Assembly: GCA_020137815.1 (NCBI GenBank) | Contig: CM035356.1 | Coordinates: forward strand, 7,006,001 to 7,070,000 | DNA from: Hormiphora californensis | Taxonomy: Eukaryota; Animalia; Ctenophora | Reading direction: 5' to 3' | DNA: 64,000 nt | In this document: one piece after another, positions 41,025-54,913 of the stretch | How positions within the stretch are numbered: position 1 is the first letter of the stretch | Layout: the number at the start of each line of letters is the position of its first letter | The notes under the pieces: model-generated | Told to the model about the DNA's origin: nothing | The model's database searches: none | Seen by the model: only the letters and a program-made list of their open reading frames with translations | Program-made: the position numbers and the translations under genes

Positions 41025-41474
41025 ATTCTCTCTCTCTCTCTCTCCCATTCTCTCTCTTTCAACATGTGCATAAAATGACACACTGGAACCCCGCCACATG
41101 TTAATCTGGAACCTTCCTAACACGTGCCTAACAAGGTACACGTGTAGGTGTTCCAGCAGCACACATTCTATGCGACTCAACTCTCAAGTATGGCGTGTTT
41201 CGTCCGTAAAGCCCAATTTGCCATACCCATATATGATACCATTATTATAGGCCCCTATTATCTGAGGTAATATGTGGTAGCTAGGCAACCAGTGATCACT
41301 GATACACCAATTAGAGGTGGTAGTATAGGATCAGTAAGATCGATGGTAGGATCTTGTAACACTCACATAACTCCGCATGGTCCAATTGTTATACACACTA
41401 TCCGGGTGTGGGACATCCTCATCATCTAGCTCCTCCACCACCTCCCTTACTGGATATCCACCGCCATTCAACAT
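36958..41474 (-). CDS. Salvador (SAV1)-like SARAH-domain protein with long C-terminal extension
   Basis: Exons ~40307-40384 (KIPDWLRKFARSS..FFK), 39456-39551 (FDMCSYEELDSLQNNLLKLYREELHEIIAHYE) and 38166-38602 (EYRLSLAKEI + Ser-rich) resemble SAV1 IPDWL..ELEQIV..YE.YR..L..E. The first and last exons are uncertain. Confidence 0.7.
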
Positions 41475-41489
41475 TTACATGTGGAGCTG

Positions 41490-41716
<227 letters not shown>

Positions 41717-42195
41717 AACGTACACATGCATGTTCGCACGCAAGAATGAATGGAGAATGAGAAATTGTCAAGAGTTCACAAGGAGTAAAACACGTTGGCT
41801 GGTGAAACAAAACATTGATTTAGTACCATTACAGATCGCTGTTTATTTTGTTAATGTAACAATTAACATTACAGTGTGGTTATTGTACTGAAATATCGCA
41901 CTGCAACAATCATTATAGCACGCTGAGCGGCTCCATTATTAGTGAGATTCTTACCGTTACTAAAGAGAGCAAAAGTAAGATAGTTATATTTACTAACGAG
42001 AGCAAGAGTAAAACTGTGAAACTGAATCTCAATGGAGCGGCCCAGGGCGTAGTGATAAAACACAAAACTGACTTACTTTTCAACCCTATCTGCATGTCTC
42101 TCTCACCCCTATTATATTCTGTCTACAATGTGTGTCAAGTTACAATGCGTTAGAAACATCTGGTTACAGCAAGCTGTGTGACTCTCATACGCTGT

Positions 42196-42864
42196 TCAAA
42201 TAAACATATCAGTGTACCCAGTATTAGCTGATGTTGCCAAAACTTTGTTTTTTAACTTCTCCAGTTCTTTCTCTGGTAATGGTTTAACATTGAACACGTT
42301 CCCATCATCAGCTGAAGAAATATCCTCCTCCCCGTCTCGATCGAGAAGTTTTATCGACCGCTCCACACATAGCTTCGCCTGCTTTCTGAATAAGTCTATA
42401 CTTTTGTGTACTGTTTCTGCGGCCACTGGGTTTGCTGGATTGAAGGTGTTAACTGAGAAAAAGCAGCGTTTGGTATAACGTAAAATGTGCCAAATCCGAT
42501 CTTTCCGTGGCGTCCACGTTGGAAATGCTTTGGCAAGATTTAGCTCGCCCGTTTCTTTAATTTGAGGATGGAAGACTGGCGTGATGAATTGGAGAGTTGG
42601 TCTGGCGTAGGGGAAGTTGTCGGGGATGTAGAGATTAAACTTGAAACATCCCTCCGCAAACATCCCTATCTTAATAAAGATCATTCCATGCCATACTTGC
42701 AGAGACTTCAGAGAGGGTACTACGTACACTCCAGAGGGCACATTGTTGCAGAGCAGCTTGTATTCTGCAAATAGTTCGTGGTCCCGGAAAAACGGTTCAA
42801 GCTCGCTTTTCTTAATGTCGCTCGTCATTTCTTGGGAGAGAATGTTTATTAGCCCAACATGCAT
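42196..42864 (-). CDS. AKTIP: AKT-interacting protein (UEV/UBC-like; Ft1/crossbronx)
   Basis: Single-exon 222 aa: AEYKLL, GVYVVPS, WHGMIFI, FKFNLYIPDNFP, PVFHPQI, GELNL..AFPTW..IWHIL. No catalytic Cys. Confidence 0.9.
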   Translation of the reverse strand: MHVGLINILSQEMTSDIKKSELEPFFRDHELFAEYKLLCNNVPSGVYVVPSLKSLQVWHGMIFIKIGMFAEGCFKFNLYIPDNFPYARPTLQFITPVFHPQIKETGELNLAKAFPTWTPRKDRIWHILRYTKRCFFSVNTFNPANPVAAETVHKSIDLFRKQAKLCVERSIKLLDRDGEEDISSADDGNVFNVKPLPEKELEKLKNKVLATSANTGYTDMFI

Positions 42865-43239
42865 GGGTGATTATTCCACCAACAATCAACATTCAACACA
42901 ACTAAAGGCTCAAGCCTCAAGCTAAATTTTACTTTATGTTACACATCGGATTAAGCGTTCATTTATCATCTTTTTGCCAGTATCTGCAAGTTACAACGAC
43001 AATTGAGCCTTGAGGCACTGATGACTGAAATCTATCACTGGCATGAAAATCGAAGATTGATCTAGTTCTGACGCACGTCGCACATTTGTCGTAAAAAGCT
43101 GCAAAAACTAAAAGAGGATTTACTGAAAGTTGAAACCTCAACGAACGACTCAAAGAGTGCCAGCGTAAGCAATAAGAAGGCAAATTGCAGACTTTCGCAT
43201 CAAAACAAACAAACAAACGAAATTGAAAACGCGTTGCAA

Positions 43240-43793
43240 TAGGGATCCCTAAAAAAGTTCAGTATTTACACAGAGTTTACACAGTCTTTACACAGTCGTT
43301 ACACCCAGAGCGCCCGCGCCGCTCTGGGTGTAAAGACTGCGTCTTTCGCACTCGATTTGCAGCGTTTTCGGAAACTTTTTTCGCCGCAGCGCTCAATTTA
43401 CTCAATTGTGCAGCACACAATCCAATATTTTCTTAGAAAAAGCCGCAAAACGCAGCACGCGCCGCTCTGGGTGTAATGACTGTGTAAAGACTGTGTAAAC
43501 TCTGTGTAAATACTGAACTTTTTTAGGCCAGCGTTAAAATCTGGGTGTTTCGTGAGTGCTGACAAACGGTTTTTTAGGGTTAGGGCTAAAGTGGGGTTAG
43601 GGTTAGGGTTGGGGTTTGGGTTGGGGTTAGGCCTTGACATTCCCTACCAGATAAACTTTGAATCAGCCAAAACGGTTGAGTGGTTTGGCGGTTAGAGCCA
43701 TTTTAGTGAATCAACTTTTTTGGCAGCGCGCACCTGTAAACAGGCCACCAAACACCCAGATCGTAACGGCGCCCACTTTTTTAGGGATCCCTA
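43240..43793. mobile_element. TIR element with an internal palindrome and telomere-like TTAGGG repeats
   Basis: Ends TAGGGATCCCTAAAAAAGT / ACTTTTTTAGGGATCCCTA; inner inverted arms ~43248-43527; TTAGGG-like run 43573-43631. Confidence 0.75.
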
Positions 43794-44035
43794 TCTCGTT
43801 TTCAATTTCGATAATTTCAAACGCGCGCCGCAGTCTTTTGCAGCGCATTAATGGAAAAATTAAGCGCGTTACAACAAATTCTAAATCTCGCAGATCTTTG
43901 AGATTTTAGCAATGCTCAAAATATCCAAAACTTTCTGCACTCGATTTTTCTTCGTCCTGAAATTTGTGTTGTTGTTATTTTGCTGGCAGTTTTTAACTGT
44001 ATTTGAGGTTTGCGGAACTTTAAAATTTGATCCTA

Positions 44036-45598
44036 ATGGTAGCTAGCTCACTGATAACCCCTGATCCCTATCGATTACCAGGGTAAGCATTTTCAACTGA
44101 AAGTTTGGTAAAAAAACCGGATTAGACAAATAATTTAGTCACAATTCTTCAGGTATCTGGGATATGTACCACAGTTTAAATTTAAAATTGGATCTACGTA
44201 CGGTCGAACAACACATGACATTCTCCATGATCCAAACGAAAGATCCTCCAAGGTTGGTGCCACTATTGGCTTTCTGTCATCGCCATCGTGTCTTATACTT
44301 AGAAATATAATTATTTGAACGTGGATTTGTATTTTGTAAACAACAATAGACATGTTTAACTTGCCATGCTACGCAGTCTGTACTTTCGGCCCTTTAAGCT
44401 TCGGGCTCGCGTAAGATCACACCGGGACTTCGGCCCGGTGTGAGAGCTGACAGACTAGGAACATGTCAATGTTTAACCTCTCTTTTGATGAAAATAATGT
44501 CTTTGTAGATACCCTACCGGTTGGTAGACAGGGAAAAGTTTACGGGGCCGATGGAGCGCACTCGACAAGCCAAAGAGGTTGGCTGGAGTAACCCTAAATT
44601 CAGAGGAAATATGGTTCCTGGCTATACAGGTTAGTTCATTTTTGTAAGCATTATAGCTGTGATGGAGTGTGTGAGTAATAAGAGGTGGGGGTCTCTGCCC
44701 AGGAATTAGTGTGCATGCAGTGCTGACAAATCAATGCCACATGGAGACTGGTCGAGGGAGAGAGATATATGGGGAGGGAGAGGGAGAGGGAGAGAGGGGA
44801 AGAGAGTAGAGAATTGTTGTATGAAGTATGAACGTTTGTAGACTGGCGCGTTATGAAGTTGGCTGTTCCCAGCGCGAGCTGGGGACAGCCAACTGGAGTT
44901 TAATCGCCCGGCAGGGCGATTAAACTGGTTTAAATCCCGACGCCGATCCCGAGGCGCCAGCCGAGGGTGAGGGGGAGGTGATTTAAACCTATAACGCGAT
45001 AGGCTAACAAACGTTCATATTTTATGAAACCCGATAGTAATTACACACAAATAAGAGACACAACACTAGGTGAAACACACTAGGACTGCTGGCAAATAGT
45101 CAACAGAGACCCTGAAAATGTGTGTAGACTTAGTGTCTACTGTTCCTAACATGTTTGAGAAAGAGAGAGAAAGAGTAGGGGCAATACACACTGTCAGAGG
45201 TAGTGAACAGTAAAAGAGACAATGAGAGAGAGAAATGAATGGAATGTGATTCTTTTCACTCGTTATGAGAGAGATAACATTGAAACGTGTTGCAGACATG
45301 TTTCCCCTTTCTTCTGTTGACAGAACTGTGTGTTTACACACATTTTCAATACTTAGAATTTTACACGCATGTTATTCAAATGAAGAGAAACGCGTGAAAG
45401 AGGGAACTGGTCTGTCAAACTGCGAGGAGGGTGTTAAATCTCCCAGCTGGCGGTTATCATGTGCGCGCAAATTCTTCAAACGACTGATAAATCAACTATC
45501 GGGTTTCATAAATGAATGAGTTATTTCATGTCCAGTTCTGAGGACTAATGTGATAAATGCTAAGAGGACAAAAGTCAGTAAACATATCGATAGAGGAG

Positions 45599-45649
<51 letters not shown>

Positions 45650-48286
45650 TAGAGATACAGATAAAGAGAGAGATACAGATTGAGAATGGGAGAGAGAGCG
45701 AGAGGGAGAGAGAGAGAGAGCGTGGCACTAAGATCAGTGCCATGCATGACAAACCACAACAGATCAGTAATATCAGCTGCTGCTGCAGAGACCCTCCGCA
45801 GCTATTGTACTCTCCCAGCACGCTGCTGCACCAGCACACAGCTGTACATAACACTGAATCTGTATTACACAATACAGCTTGATCTGTATGAATATCAAGT
45901 AGCTGTGTCCACTGTCCCCCGTCTGTGTTATAGCTGATATGGTGTAATGTTGACACTTTAGATATACAATATACATACCAGTACAAATTAATTCAAAGTA
46001 TACATAACTTTAAAAAATAAACAACTTTTAGATAGTTAATAACCATTTGTGTATCATCAGGATACATCCCAAAAGGACAACACTACTTTGGACAGTGTTA
46101 CGCACAGTCGTGTGATGTCGCCCTTAAAACTTTTGAGAAGGAACTGGTAGTGAAACAAAACGATGAAGAAAGAATGAGGGTAAGTGTTAAAATAATTATA
46201 GTGCCATCAAATTTAGCTCTCATTAAACACGAGATATGTTGGTACTGGAAATAAAATTAACCGTAGCTTTCAATTACATGCTTGGGTAATCTTCATCAGC
46301 GGAAAGAGTGAATGGGTGTGGTGGGTATAAATACCCAGGGTGTGATTGGATTGGGTGACAGGGTGGAGATGAGATAGGGTGGTGAGCTGGGTTGTTGTGG
46401 TATGATGAGAGGGGGGTGAGAGCAAACCCCTCTTCGCCGAGCCCTCATGCTCTTTTTCGATCTACACATTACTTGGCCTGAAAATTGGAAGGAAGAGTTT
46501 GACATGATTTAGAGACCCTACGGCCTACAATCTACATGCCATTTATTTCTTTGATCATATGTTGAACTATTTCAGACAATGAACAGGACAACTTTACGGC
46601 AGTTTGCTCGACCCTCCCAGTATCCAGTAAAACCAAGGGAGTTCCCACATGGAACATCCCCTTACAAACTACCATCCACTCACGAAGAGGTAAATTGTAT
46701 TTTGGCACTGTACTTGAGGCAGCTGATTGCTAAATATATTTAGACAGTTGAAGTATATCGCAGTTTGTGTCGGAGCGGTCTCGTCAATTGAATAATGAAC
46801 ACCATAAAATTAAATTATACCGGAAAATTTTTCTGACATATCATTCCAGTACGAACTAAGACCAGTACGAACTAGGTCCGGAAGTATGTGTTTACTTGGC
46901 TCTCTAACGGACATCTACACGAGAGCTATATTCTCAAAACGTCAGCCATCGATTAGCTGATGAATGATGATTACTGAGCACGAGATCTCTTGGCCATTTG
47001 CCCTCTCTCTCTCGCTTTCTTTTTCGATCTATCTCTCTTCCTTTTTCTATCTCTGTCTTTCCAGTTTCCATCCCTATTCCCACACTGTATTATTAAACGT
47101 GCCCACAAGATTATTTAATTAGTCAGAGTCCTGTCCACGATTCTGGCATACTTCATTCAGGACTGCTGCAGGAATAAGAATGTCCCTCAATGTTATCATG
47201 TTGTCATGGCACCTAATAATTTTGTAATCGGATATAGAGCTCCATAGCTCTTTCTGCTACTGCATTCCCTTCGTTGCCGTGGTAACATCACTATCACACC
47301 CTTCCGAACACTGATGTTATAGTACCATCTGGATCGTGGCAGAAATCTTGTGAAACTCTGAAACGTCTATTGTTTTACAACTAAAACTAATTGTTTAAAC
47401 ATTACAACATGTATTGCTTGTGCGGTCGACTGGTCGAAGGAAAGAAAAACCTCACATTTCGTTTTGTACTCCAATCCTAGACGGAGCGCGCGGGTGTCTT
47501 TCAGCTTGACAAATGTTGAAAGTATGGCAGTGTTATTTTGCGCGCGCCGCAATGTGGTTCCCAAAGCGTCTCCTGATCCTACCGATACATCAACTGATTT
47601 CTCTTTTCCAGCACTATTTCGTCTCTGGATATACTGGATTTGTACCAAGGGCCCGAGAACTACTGGCTAAAAGTTATCCCGAGATTACAAATAGGGCACT
47701 AGATATTCACAAGGGAGACAGGGTAGGTTGAACTAATGAATTCAGCACAAACATTCTGTATTTACTTACCTAAATTAAACCCTAGATTCCTGTCAAGGAT
47801 CAACTGTGTTGAATTATTCACACCGTGCCATATTCCCAGGAGAGACTGGCCCGAACTGTCTACCATCCCCAGCCACCAAACAGTGCTCGTATGACAAGAG
47901 CTAAGACCGCCCCACCTTCTGTGATCTATGCTAGGGAGTCTGGACTGATTCCAAACTACACTGGACATGTACCGGGTAGGTTTAAATAGTGTTTTGTAGT
48001 TTGTACGGTAAATCTAGGTTTGACTGTACCGGTACGTACTAGTTGTGTATACTTTCTAGTTGCTACATAGGTATACAATGCAGCACACGTGTGTAAAATG
48101 TACTAGCACATGAGTACATTTTACACATGCAAGTACTTGCGCTTAAACCCAAACAGTTGAACTTTACTTGCCTTGTTCGACCCTCCTTCCCCGCGCCCCA
48201 TAACACTAATTGATCCCTTTTCAGCTATTAAGTTCAAGTTTGGGAACACCTATGGAACTACCACGGTGAATGCCCTCAACCACTAA
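44036..48286 (+). CDS. FAM166/CIMIP2-like ciliary microtubule inner protein
   Basis: Multi-exon with repeated motifs LPGYLGYVPQFKFKIGSTYGRTT, MVPGYTGYIPK..FGQCY, VSGYTGFVPRAR and IPNYTGHVPAIKFKFGNTYGTTT..*. Confidence 0.88.
44827..45019. repeat. Multi-branched palindromic (cloverleaf) element
   Basis: Outer stem TATGAACGTTTGT/ACAAACGTTCATA enclosing three hairpins. Confidence 0.75.
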
Positions 48287-49419
48287 CAAAGCAACAAGAA
48301 ATGAGACTGGGGATTTGTTTCACAAGATCAAGAAGTTAACTAATGAACTCTTGCATGAACCTGTTTATTTTAGAAGTATTCATGTTTACTCTTTAGTTAT
48401 AGTTTTCAGAACAGAGAGAGAAGGAATTATGACGCCCTGGTACTAAATTTAACAGCACCACACCACTAAAATCTCCGAGTAGGCCCAATTTCCGCTCCAT
48501 AATTTCCAAGTAAATGGCCGCGAGTTATTATAACTGAAGCAAGTTAGCATGCGTTAGAAAGGTGATAAAAGAGAGTGGAATGGAGATTGAAGAACTAGAG
48601 CGAGAGAGAGAGAGAGAGAAAAGTTTGTGAGAGCTCGGACGTCGAATTTATAAAGCTGCGTTCGAATTTGATCCGCTAATTTAGTGTATCCTAGTATGTT
48701 TAACGTTACTTACAAATCATTGTGTGCTATTTGCTTTCAGACAATGAGGGAGATACACAAGTGCTGACAGAGTAGTCTCTCTTTCTCTCTCTCACTTTCT
48801 TTCTCTCTCTCACTTTTTACTCCGACTTCCCTCTCCTGTCGCCCGCGCCCAAGTCTCTATTAGCATATTCATGATATTATACCTATATTATAATATCAGA
48901 TACCTACTGTAGTCTCAACTGCTAAAATTCACTATTATCCCTCATTCCTCACTCCCTCGGCTCTAAGGGATTGGTGACAGGCACTTGTGTATCAAGCAGC
49001 TTCATAATTACTAATTACATAATAACACACATGGCTGTGTCGAATATGACCTTGACTTTGTATCTCTATCCCAATTCTTCTCCAATATTATAAGCCTTTA
49101 CTTTCCCTCTCTCGCTCTCTCTTGTGGTCTGATTTTCTTGTTCTCTCTGATCTTGTGAGAATTGAAGTTTCAGAAGATGACAGATTCTCACAGTTAGCTT
49201 CGTTCGAGTCTCGAGATCGTGATCCAACCACTATTTTCCTTCATCTATCTCACCACCTGCTGCAGCAATTATCTCCCCCAGTTTAGGAGTCCGAAACTAG
49301 GACCCATCTTGGGAGTTTCACAATTCGTATTCCCTCTCATGTCTGTGATGAGCTACGCAGAGATGGGACCACTCTAGGTGATAGACTGATAGATCCTATC
49401 ACAAACATCATACTATCGT

Positions 49420-49534
<115 letters not shown>

Positions 49535-51535
49535 TGTTGCGGGCGTGAGAATGAGATGGGGATCACGAGCAGATTGACACGTTGCGTGTGGTTTAATTCA
49601 CATGATTGGTTTTGTTAATGGGAGGGAGACAGCAGTTGACTTCAATTCACACTCACGGCCTCGGCCTGGTATAACAGCTGCTCAGTATTATATAGATTGT
49701 GGATTCAAAACCGTAAATAAGGACGGAGAGGTGCTACAGGGGAAAAAATAGCAAAGAGAAATGTGATCTAACAATAACGAGTAACGAAGTCGCGCCAGCT
49801 AGTCGGGCCAGCTAGACAACCCCAAATTAAAATTACAGCCCTAGTACTCAGTAGCAATTAGGCCTGTAATTTTAAGTTTGGGCTGTCTAAAGTAGGGTTG
49901 TTTAAATTTATGGCCTAGCTGTTTAAATCAGTGCAGTTTTACATTGGTTCTCTATGTAGCTGTTCTTCTCTTTTCTTTTAGGTATCTATTTCACTTTTTC
50001 ACCCTCTCTCTCGTCTCTCTCTCTCTCTCTCTCTCTCTGATCCTCAAACCCTCTCGAAATGAGCTCTTAATAAACATGAACCATGTCTACCACAAAATGC
50101 CTCGTGGTTAAAAAACAAGCTTTTAGCATGTGTGCGTGAGAGAGAGTGTGGGTTAGTTTGTGTGTGTGTGTGTTTCGGTATATGGAATTAATGGAATTGT
50201 CTTAATTGATGCTGTACCCACGTCCCATTTTTAGCATTGCTGCTGTTGTTCATTTTATCTTCCGTTTTGGAATTTATTAACTGGCAGACTTGTTCTGCGT
50301 TAAGTATGGAGAGAGATGGGAGCTAAATATATGGCGTATTGCTGCATGAATCTTTATTTTATTCGACCCCTCTCACTCTCTCTATCTCTCACTCTCTCTA
50401 TCCCGCTTTCTCTCTCTCTCTCTATCCCTATCTCTATCTCTGGGAAAAAGAGTGATTAAAATATTTTCCACGCCGTGTGAGCCTAGCACATTTTTGTTTG
50501 CGGGACACGGCCCCTGCAAGCCTTTTTTGCTGGGAATTGCCAGGAATTGCTGGGATTTTTTCAAAAATATCAACACGCTCCTACCAACTTACTTACCAAT
50601 TCTCCAATCTCAAATTGTGAAACTGTGAGAGTACAATCATTGATTATATCATTTTGTTTAGTAAATTTGTTATAACAATTATTAATTTAGGAAATCTCTA
50701 GCATCAGTCAGCCTGCAGTTGCCAGCAGACATACTAAGGACATATTTGGGCCGGGGGGGGGGGGGGTATATGCGAGGCCCGGGTATGTACATAATACTTA
50801 TGACCAGCCAGCCTGTGATTGTAGAATTGTATAAAGGGCTTGATATCCATCACAAATCAACAACAATAATTGTGACTTCAAGTTTCAAGTATTTATCCCA
50901 GACTTCCTCCCATATTATTATTCTACCTCACTCGAGTTGTGTGCCTGGCTTTGTTTTAACAATTAACGGATCTGGCTGTTTTCTTAGTCGTATCAGGACT
51001 TCCAGTTGGTGTTGAGAAACCTGCAAGAGTCAACTGAACACTTCTTCAATTCTTAAAATCAGCAGTAGGTACATACCTATGTCTTCAGAATTTTAACCCG
51101 GTCTCGTGGGCACGTACTAGGAGAGAAAATCTAACAACATATATTCAGCTGAACAAGGATCTCTCCCTCTCTTACTTTCTTTCTTTCTTTTCAGCATACC
51201 TGTTGCCAAACGCTATTCGACCTTGTCACGTTCCAATAAATGTAGAGGGAGAGAGGTGTCACAAACACCTTAGTTCTAACTACGACTCCGGGCGGAGTAC
51301 TGCAATTAATGTTTTCTTTGTTCTCCTTTTAGGTGTTGCCCTTTTATTAAAAACTCTTTTCAATTTGCGGCATTATATGAGTTGTTTCGTTATACCTTAC
51401 TAGGCAGTCCGAATAAAATAAAGTTCGATTAGAAAACCATGGCCATTTTGTTTCTTTAGTGTAGCTGAGCTGATAAAACCCCTACTAGATCAATGCAAGT
51501 TGTTTGTTGGATATGAAGTTGGAAGCCGTCGCTGA

Positions 51536-52105
51536 ATGAGGATCTTCTACCACTCCAATCTTACCATCATCCTTCTATGGTAGGGGCCGGTGTTGCTATG
51601 TTCTAACCCTCTAACCCTACTCCTTTACATTTGGGGCGAAACAGAGTCTAGCTAGGCAAGCTATGGTAGGGGCCGTTGTATCTAAGGCAGCGCACTCTCG
51701 TAGGGGTAGATATTGTAAAGAGGGCGTGAGAAAGATATAAATTGAGAAAACGAATTTTTTGATACTTCATGGTTGAAAAACAATCCTAAACATCTAATTT
51801 TACTGCAGGTTGTTTTTTATTGAATCCAGTTCCGCACTGAATTGTTCAACCGTGTCAATCGACAATGGAGCGATATACAGAACTAATGACCCCAAACTAA
51901 GTGACAACATTGTTGTGATTTGCCATTCAGGCTATACCCTTTCGGTAAGTCTTCAACTCTATTTTAAGCAATTGTTATAGCGGTCCTTTATTTTCAGAAA
52001 CATCCTTGAATTTACCTAGATAAGATTCAGTCATTTACTCATTTAGTTATTATCTATATCTCCAATGGGGGGATTCCCCATTCATGATACTCCTCACCCT
52101 TAAAT

Positions 52106-52147
<42 letters not shown>

Positions 52148-54913
52148 TCTCCCCAGGGTTCAAGTACAATAAACTGTAACTCTACTACCATCACACCAAG
52201 CACCCTACCCTCCTGTATCCTCACTCCGCCTGAGAAAACATGTACCTGTACCATTGAACACGGCACATGTACCACTACTACTACACCCATTCGACCTGGT
52301 GATAGAGTCGTGTATTCCTGTCTCCCTGGTTACCAGATTCAGGATGGCGGCCAGAGCCAGGGGGTCTGTGTGGAGGGGGCGATGAAGGTGCCGCAGTGTG
52401 TTAGGGAGGAGAGTTCTTGTTTGGTAACAGAGAATGAGAGTGTGGGTTTGAGCATTCTAACGAGCAAAACGGGGGTGATACCTCACAATTCTACTGTCCA
52501 GGTTGGTACATCTAGTTGGTAATTAATTGTGGTTCTATTATATTGGGTAGTGAATTGTACTAGAAAAGGTGGTTACCTATCCGATTCAGGGTTTATCTGT
52601 ATCAGGAAACGACCGAATCAGGAAATACTGGTCCCTGATTGGCTGATAACCAGTCACGTGACCTAAATAACGAGTTCTGATTGGTTGTTTACTTGTTTCG
52701 GTCGGTCCCTGATCTGAGTAGCTCCCTCTCCCCACACCAGGTGTCTTGTACCCACGGTTACTACCTGCTGAGTAATACTGCTGTCAGTACAACCTGTCTA
52801 CATGGTTCTTTTGACAGAGACCTCACCTCTCTCTGTCACTTTGGTAAATGTTCCTTTTTAGGATCCTGTGTAAATTAGTGTTTCAAAGTGCCAGGCAACT
52901 GAATAGGTCTCACACTTTGATAATTGTCCAAAAACTTTAAAAAGCTATGGATTTCATAGATTGTAACTTATTCTAACTGTTTCTATTCCTAGTTGGATTT
53001 GGTGGTTCAGTGATGGTGAACGGTTCAGTTCCTGGGGAGGAGGGGGTAATGTTGAACCGAGATGTAACTGTCCTCCTCACCTGTCGGGTTTACACCAAGG
53101 TTAGTGCATTTTACCCCCCCCCCCCCCCCGGTTGTAGAACCTATTATTAGTGCAGGTTTCTTAATAAGGCATACCAAATGCCACTCCCAAGATACTGTGT
53201 GTGATACCTGACGCGTGATACCTGACGCGTAATACCTGACGCGTGATACCTAACGCGTGATACCTAACGCGGGATACCTAACGCGTGATACCTATTTTCA
53301 GACGAATGACGGGTTACCACTTCCTGAGATAACATGGGGTGTTCCAGCGCGGTTACGAGGCTACATAGATACTCCTGCTACTGATTTTATACATTCCACA
53401 TACATTAACAGTCTATCACAAGGTAACCGAGGGATGTTGATTAGCTGCTAACTATATCTTCACTTTAACTCTAACATAACTCGACCACAATTATCGACCA
53501 TTACGTTCTATTCCGCTGTTCCTATCTATTTACCATATCTTACTTACAGAGTACAGGAGAGTGGTAGCAAAGGGTGAAGAGGGTGAGACACTTCATCAAA
53601 TTGAGGGGATACTGAGGATCAATCCGACTATGGACGTTCACTCAGGAGAGTTTACATGCCATGTTAAACTTGTATCTCACACAGCCAGCTATAAGGTTAG
53701 TGTAGTTCATTTTCAAATTTAGGATATTGCGACCAGTCAAATTATCCCATTGAACTGCATCGTTATCCCTCATTAACCATTTGCCCGATACCCAGAGAGA
53801 ACTTTGATCGAGATAACAGTAATTTTTTAGTCTCATATTGAGTCTCACCACTATGTTTCAGTTGCTACTAAAAGTGAAGGGAAAGTATGTGTTTGCGATG
53901 TGGTCCCTTCTCATTGTTCCAGTTATCCTGTTTGTGATTGTCCATTGTTTCTACAGGAAAGCGAACACTATCAGCCCCTTCCCATCCAACAAAGTAACAA
54001 GGGACATGATGCAGGTACATGTGAACCGTGTTTCCTTGGTTACATAGACACGTGGCGCGACCGAGATTGAGCGGGGGTTGCGCCTGGTGTCTATGTCACC
54101 AACGTGTTTTCACCTTCTGCGAGGGTGTCGGGTTTGGCTTTGAGGCTCGAGTTGATTTATTGACCAACTAACCGGCTTTCTGAACAAAATGACAAAATGA
54201 CAAAATGACAAACTGACAAACTGACAAACTAACGAACTGACAAACTAACAAACTTTACACAGGCCATGCAGGCTGCCGAAGTAAAACGAGATAATGCCCC
54301 AGCCCGGGAAATTGTGAGGGATGTGTTTTCCGCAAAATCATCCATCAAAGCCCGGTCTGACGGCACAATTAGAAGGTCAATGGAGATGCAAGTGCTAAGT
54401 GACAGGCCCAGGTTTATTAGAAGGCAGACCATGGGGTTGAATGGGCCCCAGGATCTCCTTCATGGGCTTAGTAAACACGATGAGAGTATGGTGTTTATAA
54501 AACGGTTACAGAGTGCTCCCAGTATTATGACTGTTTCTGAGATGCCAAGTGAGGATGAGAGGAGCGATACTACTACGAGAGTGAAGAGTATAGCGAGTCT
54601 ACCCGGATCTCGGAGGCATAGCCTGATGAGCACGACAGAAGATCTGAGGAAGGGGAGTTTGAGGAGTCTTACTATTGAGGAGGAGGAATGGAGACACAGC
54701 ATTCTCAGTCCAGGGGAGTTGGCTGGGTTTGGAGCAGGACCAGCTTCATTTGGATCAGGACCCACTGGGCTGGCTGAGGAAAGGGCTCAATTGTTAACGG
54801 GACGGAATAGCACACCGACACTGACAGTAACTGACCCTGACGACTTTACACACACAGTCAACTTACCAAGGTGGCAGAGTGATCATACTGTCTATCCGAC
54901 AAAGACACCATGA
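51536..54913 (+). CDS. Type I membrane protein: signal peptide, 3 Sushi/CCP-like, Ig-like, TM and long cytoplasmic tail
   Basis: Exons ~51536-51579, 51809-51944, 52157-52501, 52741-52843, 52993-53099, 53302-53422, 53550-53695, 53862-54014, 54263-54913. CCP patterns CHSGYTL.G..C, YSCLPGY, SCTHGY; Ig pattern LTC..PEITW..SGEFTC; TM VFAMWSLLIVPVILFVIVHCFY. Confidence 0.8.
52603..52711 (+). mobile_element. 109-bp hAT-like MITE, copy 4
   Basis: Same sequence with slightly diverged TIRs. Confidence 0.85.
53204..53292. repeat. 14-bp tandem repeat GATACCT(G/A)ACGCGT
   Basis: About 6 copies just before an acceptor site. Confidence 0.85.
54036..54102. mobile_element. ~70-bp hairpin micro-MITE, copy 1
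   Basis: TTGGT(T/G)ACATAGACAC...GTGTCTATGTCACCAA; flanks CGTGTTTCC/CGTGTTTTC. Confidence 0.7.

Noticed and set aside
43573-43631. TTAGGG repeats as a telomere or fusion relic
   Set aside because: Short, degenerate and enclosed by TIRs.
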